Assembly: GCA_024679065.1 (NCBI GenBank)
Contig: JAGIQG010000009.1
Coordinates: 91,574,001-91,638,000, forward strand
Direction: 5' to 3'
DNA: 64,000 nt
Source of the DNA: Sphyrna mokarran
Taxonomy: Eukaryota
Position 1 is the stretch's first letter. Each line of letters starts with the position of its first letter. A model generated the notes under the pieces. The model worked only from the letters and a program-made list of their open reading frames with translations. It did no database searches and was not told the origin of the DNA. Both the position numbers and the translations under genes were made by a program. Positions 61,366 through 64,000 of this stretch are shown piece by piece.

Positions 61366-61799
61366 TCTTGAAGGGGATGGGAGGTGCTGCTGAGGGAGGG
61401 TGGATGGCAGTGAGGGTGTTTAACTGGCAGCCCGGGGCTGGGATTTACAGGTGTGCACCTCCAATTCCAGCCCCGTCCCCGTGACAGCCACTCAGGCTCG
61501 CACTTCCTCACATTCCGACTCCCAAACGTGAGGCACCAACTGCCGCTGCGCTTGGAAGAAATGACAATTCAGGCATTGCGGGCTGGCTGTCCCCCTGATT
61601 CCATACTCCCATCCTCACTGTGCAGGCCTGAGGGAAATATGGGTAATGTACAAACAACAAAAAATCAGATGCTGCTGATGCTGATCCATTCCTCATTCAT
61701 TTTCTGTGTCTATATTAAACAATTACAGCGAACCAAGACGGGTACCTGTCATCGGCCAGCAGCGTAAAGAGTAGCTGATGGTTAATCCGACTTTTTATT

Positions 61800-62665
61800 C
61801 AACGAACAGAACACAGAACATAGAACACAGAACACAGAACACAGAACATAGAACATAGAACACAGAACACAGAACATAGAACACAGAACACGGAACATGG
61901 AATATGGAACATTACAGCACAGTACAGGCCCTTCAGCCCTCGATGTTGCACTGACCAGTGGAACCAATCTAATGACCCTCTAACCTAAACTATTCCAATG
62001 TTATCCATATAACTATCCATTGACCATTTGAACACCCTTAAAGTTGGCGAGTCCACAACTGCTGCAGGCATGGCATTCTACACCCTTACTACCCTCTGAG
62101 TAAAGAACCTGCCTCTAACATCCGTCCTATAATTATCACCCTTCAATTTAAAGCTATGTCCCCTCGTGTTAGACATCACCATCTGAGGAAAAAGGCTCTC
62201 AGTCTCCACCCTATCTAACCCTCTGATCATCTTGTACGCCTCAATTAGGTCATCTCTTAGCCTTCTTCTCTCTAATGAAAATAAGCTCAAGTCCCTCAGC
62301 CTTTCCTCAAAAGACCTTCCCACCATACCAGGCAACACCAGGGTAAACCTCCTCTGCAGTCTTTCCAATGCTTCCACATCTTTTTTTTAATGCGACGACC
62401 AGAACAGTACGCAATAGCCCAAGTGTGGCTGCACCAGAGTTTTGTACAGTTGCAACATGATCTTGCAGCTCTGAAATTCAATCCCTCTACCAATAAAAGC
62501 TAACACACTTCTTAACAACCTAACCAATCGAGGTGCCAACTTTCAGGGACCTATGCACATGTACACCGAGGTCTCTCTGCTCGTCGACACTACCAAGAGT
62601 CCTTCCATTAGCCCTATATTCTGTACTCCTGTTCCTTTACCAAAGTGAATCACCTCACACTTTTC
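61800..62665 (-). mobile_element. CR1 3' fragment with expanded 7-bp tail repeat (AGAACAY)n at 61805-61912
   Basis: LERLQRRFT...RGRFFTQRVV; same family as 2975-3790. Confidence 0.88.
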
Positions 62666-62995
62666 CAGAGCGTTTCGAAGACTTTAGACTCGGAGTGATG
62701 AAGCTGTTTTGCTTCTCCCAATGGAAGTGAAAATTAGAATAGTCCATTTGAAGCATTTTCCATTTGTTCCAAGTTTCTCTGCTCTGGGTGTTTGTACATC
62801 CTGCTGTCAGAAGAGCTGAACACCAATCCCATCAGAGTCTTCCACACTGTGCTGACTTCAATGGTGTCAAATATCAGGCTGGCTATATAATAATGTCTGA
62901 GCAAACATCACCCTTTTCAAACTCTCACCAAAAGATTCAAATTCACCCCAGAGACAGAGAGACAGAGAAAATGGAAGGGTGAATTCTGTACTTAC

Positions 62996-63047
62996 CGGGA
63001 AAGGCCCAGGGAAAACACAGGGAGACGGAGAAAAGGATCAGCAATGT
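62996..63047 (-). pseudogene. Leader exon copy lacking the start codon (ATG to ACA) and promoter
   Basis: Donor GTAAGT intact, ATG lost; positional paralog of 22160-22211. Confidence 0.78.
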
Positions 63048-63629
63048 TCTGGAAATCCACTGTCCCAATTCCAATCAGTGACTGGGAATTAAACATTCGA
63101 AGGAGGAAACTAATATTGTTTATTGTGATTGGAAAACACAAAAAAATGTTGATAAGGGCTCCAGTTTCCTGTCTTCATTAAAATATGATCAGTTCCCTGA
63201 CGTTAAACCACACAGCCATAGGGTGAATGGTAGATGAGTGTGGGAAAAAGAGCCAATGAAAAGGAAAGAATTTCTAATGTTCATTTATTTTTCACAACCA
63301 GGCTTACATTAATACTGCAATGAAGTTACTGTGAAAATCCCCCAGTTGCCACACTCCGGTACCTGTTCAGGTACACTGAGGGAGAATTTAGCATGGGTGA
63401 TTCACCTATCCTCTCACCAGTTATCAGGAAATTGTCCATTTCCAGTTCCGACACTTCCATGTAAAGTTTCCTCCCCGTCAGGAATGGTCGCAAAAAAGGA
63501 GCTTGGAAATGATAAAGAAGCCACACTGCAAACAACCATCATTTTAGCTGCTGCAGGCTTTGGGCCCAGTCAGGCCACCTGCCCCCGCAAGGGTACAGAC
63601 TGTTAGACTTATTAAAAATCTTGTTAAAC

Positions 63630-64000
63630 TGCAATTTTTCCAGTCCGCTTTAGGTTTTCCAATTTGAAATTGAGCAGACGAATGGTCTGGTGTGAGCACC
63701 CAGCAGTTGGCCAGGGAGGACAGTCCTCCCACAATCCCTTTCAGCTTGCTTGGCTGTAAGAGCAGACCCAGTTTGCCCTGTAGATGGACATTCCCCTCCC
63801 TCACCACACTCCCTCTCATCACATTCCCCCTCACCCCCATAATGGTGGCCTGGCTTCTTTCTTGGTTTATTTTGATGTTTTTCTGAAGTGACGAACATGG
63901 CCCTTCCTGTTGAAGCAGTTTCTCAGTTACACACTGGGTGTTTGCCGACAGCTGGAGGAATCCGGATTGGCTGTTGGGGAGCCTGCCCACCACTCTTAAT
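63630..64000. repeat. Start of a third copy of the class I gene downstream flank
   Basis: Matches 1-450 and 24775-25145. Confidence 0.88.

Overview
Vertebrate genomic DNA, almost certainly a shark/elasmobranch (HE1/V-SINE-type SINEs, CR1 LINEs, Penelope and Harbinger elements). The window is part of a tandem array of divergent (non-classical) MHC class I heavy-chain genes on the minus strand. Gene A (about 4.9-21.5 kb) has an open leader/alpha1/alpha2/alpha3/TM/cytoplasmic exon chain. Gene B (about 28.9-39.8 or 47.0 kb) is the same type but has a 1-nt deletion in alpha2. The 3' flank of a third unit starts near 63.6 kb. Both proteins lack the alpha2 disulfide and most N-terminal peptide anchors. 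A versus B identity is about 49% in alpha1, 76% in alpha2 and 95% in alpha3 (hand counts). There are six leader exons for only two alpha1 exons, each carrying a different subset of kB/ISRE-X-Y-CCAAT-TATA elements. Other notable items: an inverted alpha3 fragment, possibly spliced, inside gene B intron 2; a near-perfect 1.9-kb Penelope palindrome with TSD, empty site and minimal hammerhead motifs; and a CR1 family whose 3' UTR carries a hairpin module plus a V-SINE domain. Exon boundaries were read by hand from splice signals; repeat boundaries are approximate.
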